This document shows, in pieces, positions 12,750 through 26,005 of a stretch of DNA of 64,000 nucleotides. The position numbers and the translations under genes are program-made. Position 1 is the first letter of the stretch, and each line of letters opens with the position of its first letter. The notes beneath the pieces are model-generated. The model ran no database searches. It was not told where the DNA came from and was given only the letters and a program-made list of their open reading frames with translations. Origin of the DNA: Octopus vulgaris (Eukaryota); the NCBI GenBank assembly GCA_951406725.2, contig OX597815.1, positions 69,378,001-69,442,000 on the forward strand, given 5' to 3'.

Positions 12750-14279
12750 AAAGACATTCGAGGCCAGAGCTATGACAACGGTAGTAACATACTAGGTCAC
12801 ATCTCTGGAGTACGAGAAAGACTGTTGAAGGATTTTTCAAGAGCTTTCTTTGTAGTCTGTGCATATCTCAAATATAATCTTTTATTTAGAGATGTGACCA
12901 AGTGTTGCTCGGGCGCTTCAACAGTCTTTGAAATTTTGCAAAGGATCTGCGTATTGTTCTCATCATCAACTAAGAAGTGGGTAGTTTTTAAGAAACACGT
13001 ACCTGACTTATCGGTGAAATCCTTGAGCGAAACAAAGTGGGAATGACAGATTGATAGCGTTAAAGCTATCCATTACCAGCTTGTGATGCGCTCGTGGAAG
13101 TATCTGAGGTAACTGATGAGCCCAAGGTAAAAGCAGAAGCAGAATCTTTAGGAAACCAACAAAACACTACAAAGTTTTAGTTTCTCTGATACTTTGGCAT
13201 GTAGTACTTTTTAACGTTAACTTTGTAAACAAGGAACTACAGGGTAAAACAAAGGACATTGATGAAGGTATGAAGTCATTTGAAAAGATTTTATCATGGT
13301 TAAGAATCTATAGAGAGTGTAGTTTTGATGATGTCTTATTAGGCGCAAATGAATTGACTGAAGCTGTTGAATTACCACCGGAGTTAAAAGCAATTACGCA
13401 GAAGGAAAAGAAAATTTTTATACGACACAAAACATGAAACTGTAGATGACCCGAAAGAAGTATAAAATGTTCAGTGCTTCAACTTCGTGCTAGACAAAGC
13501 TATTATGTCTTTAGAGTCTAGATTTCAGCGCTTAAAAGCCACGTAAAACTATCTGGATTTTAAAATAAGTTCTAGCGCTTACAAAAGGCAGAAATTAGGA
13601 AGCACACTGCAGACTCTGAAGTAACTTTATCTGAAACCACACTAAAACACAGCACTGACGGAGGGGGTAGTTACTGAAACAACTAAAGACGTGCATGGTT
13701 ATCTGTTGGCCAAAGAACTTGAAGTTTTGAAACCTTTTCTTCCTTTCGCTACCATTAAGCCTCAATATCCGCTGGAATACCTGCCAACACACAATCGATT
13801 CACGGAATTTCCTAATGTTTTTATTGCTTTGAAGATCTACTTAACAATGCCTGTAATAGTCGCATCAGGTGAAAGAAGTTTTTCAAAACTAAAACTGGTT
13901 AAACTTGCCTACGGTCAACAATTCACAAAAGAAACTAAATAATTTGGCGATGCTATCTATAGAAAGTGATATTACAAAAACCATTGACTTTGAAATGATT
14001 TTGCAAGACTTCTCAGATAAAAAAAACAAAAAAGTCTGTTTTTAGAAAACCTATTCACAAACAGTATGTCAGCAAATATCTTGACTTGTAATAAAACATT
14101 AAAATTTTCTAGTTCTAGTATATTATTGTTGCTAAGGTTGGAACTTCAAGCTTTCAATGCTTTTTGGCTGGGACTGGCGTAGTGCATGAAGCATAAAACA
14201 TAAACCTTCAGCTTTTGTAGAGCAGAGGGCCCCACTACAAATCTTTAAATGGACCCCGCACTTCCTAGCGTCGGCCCTG
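12750..14279 (+). mobile_element. 5'-deleted hAT transposon remnant (ZMYM1-like transposase pseudogene)
   Basis: RGQSYDNGSN, LSETKWE, and dimerisation motif FPNVFIALKIYLTMP..ASGERSFSKLKL; frameshifts and stops; right end cctagcgtcggccctg. Confidence 0.85.
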
Positions 14280-14413
14280 CTTATGTTGGTAGTGCTAAAG
14301 AACGATTATGAAATCTACGCTGATTTAAGAAATGTTTAATCAGTATCTTATATGCTTACATAATACTCAGTCATTGCCTAACATCGAAAAATTGTAATAA
14401 TTTCTGTAGCTAG

Positions 14414-14591
14414 CAAAGGGGTGCTGAAAAGTTCCTGGCTTTAAGGGTATCACGAAAGACCTCGTTGGAGGCTCAGCCTTCCGAGTTATTTTACAGGGCT
14501 TAGAAAAACTGAAGTATCCCTGCAAAATCATAAACTGATCCTCCCGTATTTTTTTTTACCCAAAGCCAGGCACGTTTCAGCACCCCTCGTA
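14414..14591. mobile_element. Mariner-derived MITE
   Basis: TIRs ggggtgctgaaaagttcctggcttt / aaagccaggcacgtttcagcacccctcgta. Confidence 0.75.
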
Positions 14592-14627
14592 TATGCACAA
14601 ATATACATATTTATCAACGCACGCACG

Positions 14628-14687
<60 letters not shown>

Positions 14688-14933
14688 AAAAGCACGCATT
14701 AATTTCATTTGTCCGGGATTGCTTTGGCGAGGAGGCATACAACACAATTGAAACACCGGCGCCTCAAAGTTTTTTATTCTAATGAATCGAGTGTGCCTTG
14801 AACGCACATTCGTCTGAAAGAAAAAAACTGTTATCCAATGACGAATTACACCAGCGGTTAATATGTATCCACGTCTGAATCTACTAAAACATAAGAATGA
14901 ATATGTATGTCATCGTGTGTGTGTGTATGTATG

Positions 14934-14964
<31 letters not shown>

Positions 14965-14995
14965 CTATACAATATGTTACATTACTCGGTAGTCA

Positions 14996-15058
14996 AGATA
15001 AAACTCTGAGTTTCAGATGCCGAAGTGGAAATCCACAACACCATCTCTTCGGTTATCT
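14996..15058 (-). ncRNA. Type-I hammerhead motif in the PLE 3' UTR
   Basis: agataa-CCGAAGA-gatg...catc-t-GAAAC-tcaga-GTT-ttatct; 6-bp stem I; C at core position 4. Confidence 0.6.
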
Positions 15059-15255
15059 GGCTATTTGAAAACGTTATGAAAAAATATTATGAAAAAATAC
15101 CGTTAAAAAAGAAGGGAAATTACTCTGTTATAACTCTGCTTTGCCTGCGTACTTATACATCGCTCGCATTTTTCGTCATAAAAATTATATAAAAATACAT
15201 AAAAATATATAAAAATATATAAAATCTTCTTGGGACATAACACAGAAAGCATGTT

Positions 15256-16443
15256 CTATCCGTTTTCTTTAGGGGACCAAAAACGTAACAGAAATTTAGT
15301 CACATGTGGGCATGATCCGAAAAGCTCTGTCCTTCTATTTAGACATGTGGTAGGGTCTAAGCTGCTTTTCCAGATAAGCCATCTCTCCATGTCGCATAAA
15401 CCGCACCTTCCGCTGCCGTTAGTATAGGGCTTACATCTGGCCAAAATCTTCCATTGTATGTTATAATCGACACCTTTATCTCTTAAAGACCAAATATGAT
15501 TGGATAATTGTGTCGCTTTTCTTTTGTTCCAGTACCTAAAGCTCAAAGTGTGGTTATTGAACCTGGCCTTGAAATTACCCTCTGTCAGGCCCACGTATTT
15601 CTTCGTCGAAACGGTGTCTTTAGTGGTTATAGAGTTTACGGTAGCTTCATATATGATGGTCTTGGACATGCAAGCTCCATTTAGCGGGCACAATTCTTTA
15701 TTCCTGCATGAACAGCTGTTTTCTTCTTGTGTTCTTTGTATGTTATGATTGATTATGTTTTTAAAATTGGTAGTTGAACTAAAACTAATTTTTAAATTGT
15801 GTCTATTGAAGAGTTTCCTATAAGCATGGTTAACTGGAAAATGTCTATCTATCAGTGCTAGGAAATATTTACCTATATTGAAGGCCACCTCGGGTGAGTA
15901 AGGGGGCGTAAACAAGATGACCTTCCTATTTCTATTATTCCTTTTCCTTACTGTTGGGCTGGTGATAGGTGTATATTTTATTTTTTCGCTAAAACCACTA
16001 TCTTTTAAAGCTTTATTATAAACTGGGGCAACGCTATTGAAGATGTCCTCATTAGATGAGAGGCTAGAAATCCTCTTACTAATATTTTTAACTAAATTTT
16101 TGAATACTATAGGGGGATGGCATGAACCTACATTAATATAACTTAGTCTATCATTGGGCTTCCTATAAGGCTTATAAATATTACTATTAAGATCTAAGGA
16201 AACGTCTAAGAAATTGACAACCGTCAGGTTAGTGTCTATAGTTATACTAAGTCCGAAGTGTTTCATTAACTGGATAATATCCTTCCTAAAACGATCTTGT
16301 GCTGGTCCATTTGTATTAGCTGTTAAGGCGAGGGCATCATCTTTGTAGATGGCGAAATGTACGTTAGGGAATGTCTTACCGAAGGTATCTAGGAGAAAGA
16401 GTCCAATTAGATCACAGATGCCTGCCCCATCATAAGAACCCAT
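15256..16443 (-). CDS. PLE RT C-terminal half plus GIY-YIG endonuclease, uninterrupted frame
   Basis: MGSYDGAGICDLIG, YKDD, NFLDV, CxCx5Cx5C linker (CSCRNKELCPLNGAC), IIY...YVG, CGLC...LNRRTELFGSCPH; the first ~25 aa of the tracked ORF come from the fold-back. Confidence 0.85.
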   Translation of the reverse strand: MGSYDGAGICDLIGLFLLDTFGKTFPNVHFAIYKDDALALTANTNGPAQDRFRKDIIQLMKHFGLSITIDTNLTVVNFLDVSLDLNSNIYKPYRKPNDRLSYINVGSCHPPIVFKNLVKNISKRISSLSSNEDIFNSVAPVYNKALKDSGFSEKIKYTPITSPTVRKRNNRNRKVILFTPPYSPEVAFNIGKYFLALIDRHFPVNHAYRKLFNRHNLKISFSSTTNFKNIINHNIQRTQEENSCSCRNKELCPLNGACMSKTIIYEATVNSITTKDTVSTKKYVGLTEGNFKARFNNHTLSFRYWNKRKATQLSNHIWSLRDKGVDYNIQWKILARCKPYTNGSGRCGLCDMERWLIWKSSLDPTTCLNRRTELFGSCPHVTKFLLRFWSPKENG

Positions 16444-16901
16444 ATGATGGGGCAGGCATCTGTGATCTAATTGGACTCTTTCTCCTAGATATATAAACAT
16501 TCTCCTATATATAAACATTCTCCTAGATATATAAACATTATTATTTCTAAATATCTCATATATTTAGTGTCAAATGATGACAGCATTTAATACAAATGGA
16601 TATTGCGGTGAGTTAACAGAACCATGAGAGCGTCGGAAAATTTGCCTTGCAGCATTTGTTCGCTTCTGGTGATTCTGAGAAAAAGAGATGAACTCAGTAC
16701 CGTTCATTCGTTTTCAACTAAAGTACGGATTCTTTGTTTTCGAAAAGTGTTTCTCCTTGTCATCGTCGCTGTCATCAAAGCACCAATAGGTGCCGAGTAC
16801 ATTGTTACAGCAACAGATAATAATCAAGCGAGCACTATGAAACATACTTTCCCTTTCTTTCTTTCTTTCTTTCTTTCTCCTTCGCTCTAACTCAGACACA
16901 C

Positions 16902-16979
<78 letters not shown>

Positions 16980-17190
16980 CGTACACAGACAGAGGCACAA
17001 AACATATACACAAAAACGTATATTTATATGTGTACATCTATATATGTATTTGTTATTTGCGTATATGTGTATATATATATATGTGAGTGTGTGTACACAA
17101 ATATATGTGCATATACATACATATACATATATGTATGTATGCATGTATCTATATTATACAGCTTTGTACACACACGCGCGCGCGCATATA

Positions 17191-17230
<40 letters not shown>

Positions 17231-17441
17231 CAATAATCTGTAAGTCAGAGCGGAGAATGTTTCAAAAGAGAGTCAACAACGATGCATATTTATGACTTCA
17301 CGTCTTGCATATAAATTACTTATTTTCAACATGGTACACTGATGGTGCATATCTCTTTTACTCAAGACTTCCTGTTGTATTGTTTAATCAAACTTGATAT
17401 TGAACCAAATTCTTAGTGTTTCTCCTTGTCATCGTCGTCGT

Positions 17442-17603
17442 TTCTTCTTCTTCTTCTTCTTCTTCTTCTTCTTCTTCTTCTTCTTCTTCTTCTTCTTCTT
17501 CTTCTTCTTCTTCTTCTTCTTCTTCTTCTTCTTCTTCGTCTTCTTCTTCTTCTTCTTCTTCTTCTTCTTCTTCTTCTTCTTCTTCTTCTTCTTCTTCTTC
17601 TTC
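17442..17603. repeat. (TTC)n microsatellite
   Basis: Direct reading. Confidence 0.95.
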
Positions 17604-18589
17604 TCTAGCTCCCCTGCTCTCTCTCTCTCTCTTTCTGTCCCTCTCACCATTTGTTGTTAATTTTTTTTTATTGGGAAATCTCAATATCTCTTCTTTTATC
17701 GATATACATATTTAGATACTGGTCTTAACACTTAGATCGATATATTCCCTTGCTGTACCTTTGTTATTTCTGTCAAAGCAATGTTTCCGTTGGATATCAT
17801 TGCACTTCGTTTTGGCAGTAGACATAATACCACATAGCAATGCAATGTAGTTCCAATACTACTTGGTTATATTATATATTCCAATTATTTTAGATCCTTT
17901 GCTGCTGATGGTGTACTACATCATAAAGCATTAGACACTAAAGCAACGCAGTGGGTTTAAATTTATTAAATTTCATTAGTTTCACAGCAGAGTCGTAAAA
18001 GAATGTCCTTTTGGTAATTTTTTACTATTACACCTGGCCCGTGAGACGAGTGTAATGGTAAAAATATAATATCTTTCACGGAAGGAAACAATAACCCTAT
18101 CTATCACCCAGTTCAACTTTTCTGAGTTAAATCCTGAACGTATTGATGATATTCTGCTTTATTTGATCTGATGAGTTAATCTTCTCTACTGTGCATCTTT
18201 ATTTAATATGTGATTGTAGTTTTACAATGCTAAATATGCTTATCGATGTAAAATACATGTATTTATTTGAAATGCTGAAATTAATAACACAGGTCTGCGA
18301 AATGGAACTTCTTGAAAAATTATTTTGATATTTGTCTGTTACTCTATATATTTTTGTGGTGCTAATTCAAAATATCAAAACGCGCTTTCCTATTACCTAA
18401 ACTTTTCTCACTATTATTTCTAGGCAAATTCACAGATGGTAGGATAAAATGAATCTAATAAAAAGTACTTTATGTATTTGGCAAAATAAAAATGGCACAA
18501 ATACAATTGAGAGGTAAGAAAAAATATTTTTTAGGGGCTCCATTTATATTTTAGGTTCAGCACCTCAAAATATCTTTTCACTTGGAACT

Positions 18590-19370
18590 CTTTCACTTGT
18601 GAGCATTTGATGTATTCACCATGAAACATTCATTAGTAGCCGGCCATCATCTTGACAGTCTATCTTCTCTGATATCTTCTTTCCATCTCTATTATGTCAT
18701 GATGAAATCTTGCCCCTTGTCCCTTGCCCACCCCCGATTTTCTGGAAAGAAATCCTAATGAGCATACAGGAAATGGACTTCAATGTTCATTTTACATCCT
18801 AAGGCCTCGAACTTTTCCAGCATTCTTCCCCCTATATCTTTGTAGTTTGGATCCTTGTGATTACCCACGGAGTTCTTCATCAAATCTTTAAAACTAATCT
18901 ATGCAGCCTTTTCAATATCACTAAGAGAGTTTTCAAAATTTTCTTTCTTGACAAGTTTCCGTATTTCTAGTCCTACAAATACACTCTTTTCAACCTTGGG
19001 GACTGATAGAGCAAGAAACTTACTACGCAAATACTTGAAGCTATTTCCATCCTGTGACAAAGACTTTACGAATTGTTTTATGAGGTCAAGATTTATATGT
19101 AGAGGAAGCAAAAAACCCTTTTTTTGGATCACCCAAACTTTTTCAAAGGATATTCTTTGTTCTTGGGGGTAAGCATATCCCTTCTTAGCCATTCTTTTTC
19201 TTTTAGACCAATAGAGGTTCCTGGCTCTACTGTCCCATTCACACAAGAAACAAGGAAACTTTGTGTAGCCGGACTGTTGTCCAAGCTACACGCAAGTTAT
19301 TTTCAAGTCGCCGCAAATCATCCAGTTGTAGTCTTTGAATTTAATCTTGTGTAAGAGTGATACCAATTTG
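18590..19370 (-). mobile_element. Chapaev3-like (CMC) transposase pseudogene fragment
   Basis: WMICGDLKI, LPLHINLDLIKQFVKSL, FKYLRSKF..LS..KVEKSVFVG..IRKL; downstream decayed QGARFHHDI and MAGY motifs. Confidence 0.7.
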
Positions 19371-19703
19371 CGGGAAGGACTGTTTCCATGAAGTCGCGTC
19401 TTGTCCCTACCTTTGAAACGCAGAGTAGATAAAACAGAGGACAACTGATGAAGGGAACGTTCTTTATGTTGCTTATCTCGTGTCTCTATTTCTTTCTTTC
19501 GTTGTTCGAAAAAAAGTTCGCTTTCCATGCTTTTGATTTTTATGTTCTCATTTCTCATTTTGTTCACGTTTTTTTTTAAAGTCCTGTACCCATATATGCA
19601 TGTATATATACATATATATGTAGGTATGTACATGTATGTGTGTATATATGCATATATATATTATGTATATTATTATATGATCGAACGCCACGCATCCATT
19701 TCC

Positions 19704-19773
<70 letters not shown>

Positions 19774-22469
19774 GTGTATATATATGTATGTATGTATGCA
19801 TGTGTGAGACAAAGGTGCAGAATTTTATTTCTAATTGCAAATATATTTGCTTAAGCTTCATATATTGAGAATTATCTCTCTCTCTTTCTCTCTTTCTCTC
19901 TTTCTCTCTTTCTCTTTCATCCACCCCATTAATAGTGGTCACCGGTTCTCTTTCTCTCTCTTTCACCCTTCTCTTTCTGTTACCCTCATTCTAAATAATC
20001 TCTTCCACTCATTCATCTTCTTCCTTCCTGCTTTCCTTCCTTCCTTCCTTCCTTCCTTCCTTCCTTCCTTCCTCCCTCCCTTTCTTTCTTTCTTTCTTTC
20101 TTTTCCCTCAGTATTGGGAAACCAAACTCCCAAAAATCAAAACAAAAAGCCCCACAAAAAATCCCCCCCACCCCCAAACAGTCTTGATTTTGATTCTCAG
20201 CTTCTCCCTGACTTCACAGAAAATCTAAGGGGTTGTGGGTGGGGGGCAAAAAACATTTGATTAATGTGAATTCTCTTGATTTCTCTACGGCTTTTCGATT
20301 TTATAGCTAGATTTTATTATCGGCCCAAAAACTATAGAAAATCTTCAAAGACGCTTATTGAACCTTACACAGCATTCCCTTGCTAATTGTGACCGCTTCA
20401 TTTTGTTTTTATTCTCTTCTCTTTTTCTAGCTGACTTTTGATTCGATCAGAGCAATCACGTGGCGTGACATTTGCGTAATATTTATTTGCTTGTAAATAT
20501 AGTGAAGAACTACGTAAATCGTATACAAATGATTGTTTATTCAACATTTTGGCGTCGAGTTTTATTATTAGACACTGTTTATATATTGTTTTATATATTT
20601 TCATTGATTTATTATAATATTTTTATGTTTATTTTTGGTATTTTCTTCAATTTTTGGCTTGTTTACAGCAAAACTAAGTTAATTTACAATTAGCAAATAT
20701 CGCAGCCAATTCGAAAACCCTACAAGAGGTAATCTACTATGCCTGTATTAAATATAGGATATGGTGTATTATGTAATATGAATATATTACGGGCATAATA
20801 CCACGAAATGGTAATTAGATAAACTATAGAAGTTGTGAGCATTTTCGCGCGCACAGACGCACACACACATATACACAGAAAAACAAAATACAAACATATA
20901 CACATAGGATTTAACACACTTGTTACAGATAACGTTTTTATTAATCAATCAATCACAAAACTTCTGAATCACATATTAATGACAACTGGTCATGTAACAT
21001 CACTCATCAGATGACCAGTTGCTTATTCATAATTTCTGTTTCCTACGTATAGATGATCGAATACTTAGCTGGAAACTCTAACGTGAATTTAGTTACACAC
21101 CAACGTCAAACACATACACATATACACGAAAACACACACACATACATACATACATACATACATACATACATACATACATACATACATACATACATACATA
21201 CACATGTATGCACACAAACACACTCACACACACAAACACATGTAATATAATAAATCAGGAAATTATGTTGGTTTGACCACGTACACATACACGTACATAC
21301 ACACATGAGTACATATACGTACATATATATAAAATAATTTTATTAGATATTTATGTTAGTTTGCTATACATACACATACCTGTACACACGTATACATACA
21401 TAAAGGCACACATACACATGCATATATTAAACAATTTATTAGCTATTTATATTTATGTTGGTTCAACTCAACAATATTTCTTATTATTGTCGAATGAATC
21501 AATTATACAGAATATTTTGGGTATTTTCGATTTCCACGTGCAAACTCACGTAAATACACACGCACACGCACACACAGATGCACACAAACACACGTATATG
21601 CAAAAATTAATGCACGATTTACGTAGCATTTCAGTATATTTTCATGTACATTGCTGGAACTTATTTCAATGGAAAATATGAAAAACAATCTCGTCTCTGG
21701 CAGGATTTGGCATCACAACTTAAACGGACAACATTAAATACTATAAAATAACAATGAAATGCTTTCAAAAGCCTTTGAACAATGCTGGCGAAGAGTTAAG
21801 CGAAACCTGTAAGGGGATGTCAATGAATGAAAAGAAAGAGAAAAGATATTGCATTACCTTTCATAGATTGTGTAATTCTTCTGTAATATTTCGGGTAAAA
21901 TTCTCCTTTTCAAGTAAGAGAAAGAAAACAATCAAAGAGTGTTTTGTTATCGGTTGGTTATTGTAGTGCGTTGTAACGAGTAAATATGTTTATCCTTGCT
22001 GATGTCTATGATTTGATATTTCTTTTCTCTCTGTTCTTCTAACTATATGAAAAAGGCATCTGATATTTTTAACCAGACAGTTGCATATCATATGATGTAC
22101 ACGTCACTTCCTTTACAATTCTTCAATTGGATACAGTATTAAACACTTTACCCAACCGTTTCTCATTTAAGATACTACTCTTTGGAATATTCTCCTCAGT
22201 AAAACTGGCATGTGTCATACGCATTAGCTCCTGTGCATTCCATTATATAATTTTTTATTGAATGTTATACCATTCTCAGCAACGGCCAGTCATAGTACCC
22301 AACACTTATAAGAGGTCCTAAAATCAAGTGATTCTCGCGCCTGAAGCTTTTGAACTGAAGAAACGCTTTACACAGAGCAATTGCACTCATTAAAGAACGT
22401 ATGCATTTGCCTAAAAAGAAGATATGCATACACAAATTCATTCATAAGTACATACATAAATGAGTATAC

Positions 22470-22500
<31 letters not shown>

Positions 22501-22514
22501 CATACATACATACA

Positions 22515-22548
<34 letters not shown>

Positions 22549-22633
22549 AATGCATGCATACATACATACATGCATGCACATGCATACATACATACATACA
22601 TACATACATACATACATACATACATACATACAC

Positions 22634-23460
22634 AGTGGTTGTCTACTCCTTATGCAGAGTTTAACCGCCTCTTGTACTTACACCTTAGATCTATCATGGC
22701 GTCTGATGTGGCTTTTTAAACCAAGCAATGTTTTGAAAAACACCCACATAGATTGAATATCTGATTTGGACCACCAAGAGTTGCGGTTATGTGGACCTTG
22801 AAATGTCTTTTGAGGCCTCCGTTAGATTTGAAGACCTTATGGCATACACAGCATTGACAGGTGAGCACAGATATATAGGCAGAGTAGTTGGTTAGTTGGT
22901 GGAAGTTCGTTTTCCATGGATCCGTGAACGAGATTTGAACCCAACAAAAGAAAGGCATGCTCAATCACAAACTGCACACAAAAACGTCGTTGAGATTCAC
23001 CTTTTCGTTGATCTCAACAGTCTTCTTTAAATTTCTTTTGAGTCTTTCATGTGTCATTCTGACCTCTTCAAAAGCTTCCATTCCACCCCACACTTTTGTT
23101 CGCCATCCAGCTCGATCCGAAGTAAGGGTTTCTATGGCCTTTGGATCTACTCGGAGTGACTTCATGTTAGTCCTTATGGAGTCCTTAAACCTCTTTCTAT
23201 GTTTACACTGATTGCATTTCCCTTCTGCAAGCTCACCATAAAACAGCTGTTTGGGTGTGCGTTCATCCGCCATTCGATCAATGTGGGTTGACCATCTCGT
23301 TTGATTTTTTATAACCATTGATTTAATTGAAGTGATGCTTTCAGACGCAAAGACATCTGTGACTGGAGTAAAAAAAAGATCCATTTAATGTTTAAAATGC
23401 GGCGAAGGCATTTTTAGTGGAACCCTTCTAACAATTTGAAATGTCTTCATTGATCTCTTA
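22634..23460 (-). mobile_element. RTE-clade LINE 3' end with C2H2-like fingers
   Basis: RWSTHIDRMADERTPKQLFYGELAEG...KRFKD; CCVCHKVFKSNGGLKRHFKVH. Confidence 0.8.
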
Positions 23461-24070
23461 AGCATGAACAACACTGATGTGACTTTTTCGTCTCGCTAGG
23501 GACTTACGTTCTTTTCTACAGATGGAACAACGATGGATGCCTCATGATGTAGGTGATATAATGTTGTTTTGGTCAACCTTCATATGGTGTTTCAGTTTGC
23601 CTCCTGATGCATATTCTTTTCCACATTCCCTGCAAGTAGGACTGTCGTATAATACACACACACACACACACACATACGCACACGCGTACACACACATACG
23701 CACACGCGTACACACACATACGCACACGCGTACACACACATACACACGCTCACTCACACAGACATGCATACACACATACATACGTACATACATACATACA
23801 TACATACATACATACATACATACATACATACATACATACTTACTTACCGTCTGGAGCAAAGTATGGCTGAGCTTGAGATCTTTGATGAGAGAATGCAAAT
23901 CCTTAATCCATACGCTACAAATGGTCAAAACATCTGGGACTATAAAAATGTTCAAGACCTTCTTAGAATTTAAAGAATAGTGGTTAAAACAAGATACTTT
24001 CCTTCACAACCTTGCTACTAAGTAGGTGGCCAGTCAAAATTTACTCTAGAAGTGAAGAGAAACAGAACAT

Positions 24071-24352
24071 AGGCGCAGGAGTGGCTGTGTGGTAAGTAGC
24101 TTGCTTACCAACCACATGGTTCCGGGTTCAGTCCCACTGCGTGGCACCTTGGGCAAGTGTCTTCTACTATAGCCTCGGGCCGACCAAAACCTTGTGAGTG
24201 GATTTAGTAGACGGAAACTGAAAGAAGCCCTTCGTATATATGCATGTGTGTGTGTGTGTATATGTTTGTGTGTCTGTGTTTGTCCCCCCAGCATCGCTTG
24301 ACAACCGACGGTGGTGTGTTTACGTCCCCGTAACTTAGCGGTTCGGCAAAAG
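24071..24352 (+). mobile_element. SINE family A, 3'-truncated
   Basis: Near-identical to the 9956 head and middle. Confidence 0.85.
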
Positions 24353-25332
24353 AACAATGAAGCCCTATAGTTCAATGCTATTGTCTTTAGACGTTCATGT
24401 GACGTTTTGACGTCGCTTATTTGGCGCTTTTGATTTGACGCTGACTTATTTGATACGGGACGTTTCAATGTATCTCTCGTTTAAATATTTCACTCGTTCT
24501 CTCTTCCACTTCTTTCTCTGTTTATGTGCGTGAACATATTTCCCTTTATGTGTATGAGGAGAGAAAAATGTTTATGTCATTCGAGTTCAATTAAGAACAT
24601 TATGTAACACGATTTTTCTACTTGGGCTGCAACTATTATTTCCTATTTGCTTACCCGTAGAAAGTATGAGAAATAGTCAATGTTTCTTCAAACTTCACTT
24701 TTCTTACATTTATTCAAATCCCAAAGAATCCTTCTCAACACATGGCTATGATGCTCCCCCACTACTCCTGTTCACAATCAGAGATGCACATACTGTCCAC
24801 CACTAAGGAACATGCTCAAGTGGTTATGGTCGAACAACTGACAAGCAAATCTGTGGTACTGAGCAGAATATTTGCCATAATGATATTTCTGGTTCAGTAA
24901 CTCAGCGCTGAATCTGTCTGAAATATAATTGAAAATAGGCCAGTTTCAAAACGTTGATGTCTAGGTCACAAAAGCAAAGTTTGAAGGGAATAGTAGTCAT
25001 TTCCTTTAAGTTCTAGATGGAATCAAATTTAGAAATAACAGTGACCAGAGACAAAATAAATTAATAAATATAAATTCTGTTACACAGTGTACTTTGTAAT
25101 GTCTCCTTTGGTCTTCTTTCTCTCTCTAACTCTTTCTATCTTTTTTTTTTTATCGTGTGTGAGTGTTTGCTTTCAGAGCCAAAATAGTTGTGCCGCAAGA
25201 ACAGGCTGAATGTTCCAACAGCCACGTCCAGTCGTCTCAATCTATCTGTAATCTCTTTTCTTAGGTTCCTTCTCCACCGTATTTGCTGAGTTCAAACCCT
25301 GTTAATGCCCACTTTGCGTTTCGTTCCCGAAG

Positions 25333-25448
<116 letters not shown>

Positions 25449-25644
25449 TGATTCAAATACCGCAGTGTTTTAAGCATTAAATTATTTAAAAAAATCTGGT
25501 TGCAATATGACCGCATGGTCCAGTCGTTCGCTTTGCAATCACGTGGTTTCAGGGTTGATCCACTGAGAGCCATCTTGAGTTAAGTATCTTTTACCATTTT
25601 ATCAGATCAACCCCAACCTTGTAGTTATCGTTTACGTTCACTAG

Positions 25645-26005
25645 TTTTAATCAATAGACTGCGGTCATACTGGGTCACCACAATGACAGGTTTAGTCAAA
25701 CAAATCCGTACTTATTCTGTCGGTGTCTTTTGCCGAACCACTAAGTTACGAGGGCGTACACATGCTAATACCGATTTCAAGCAGTGTTTCTGTGTAATGG
25801 GTCCAAACACAAGCACAAACACACACTCATACATGTATACATGTACACGCATACACAAACGTATGCGCATACACGATAGGCTTCCACACAGTCTCCGCTT
25901 ACCAAATTCACTCACAAGGCATTAGTCGGCTCGGGGCTATAGCAGAATACATTTACCCAGGGTGCGAGCAGTGTGATTGGACTTGGAATCATGTGATTGT
26001 AATGC
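25645..26005 (-). mobile_element. SINE family A, degenerate
   Basis: gactgcggtcatac...gccgaaccactaagttacg...taccaaattcactcacaaggc. Confidence 0.7.

Larger units (their letters stand above)
9080..14410. repeat. Old diverged tandem array (~350-375-bp unit), interrupted by two SINEs and a hAT remnant
   Basis: ggaatcattt-like motif recurs near 9281, 9637, 10430, 11548, 11915, 12261 and 12622; tttgtaatcagcgacc...tataaagatc also recurs; the unit resumes at 14280. Confidence 0.7.
14965..16491 (-). mobile_element. 5'-truncated Penelope-like element (Naiad-like)
   Basis: RT plus GIY-YIG ORF, HHR in the 3' UTR, (TA)n at the 3' flank, 49-bp fold-back at the 5' end. Confidence 0.9.

Noticed and set aside
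16714-17715. Many ORFs with HT/YI/CV/poly-E/K/S runs here and throughout the window
   Set aside because: They are translations of microsatellites, not genes
19410-19465. GAAAC-gcaga-GTA...CTGATGA, a possible type-II hammerhead
   Set aside because: No stem I hairpin and a weak stem II; no GAAA downstream for a type I
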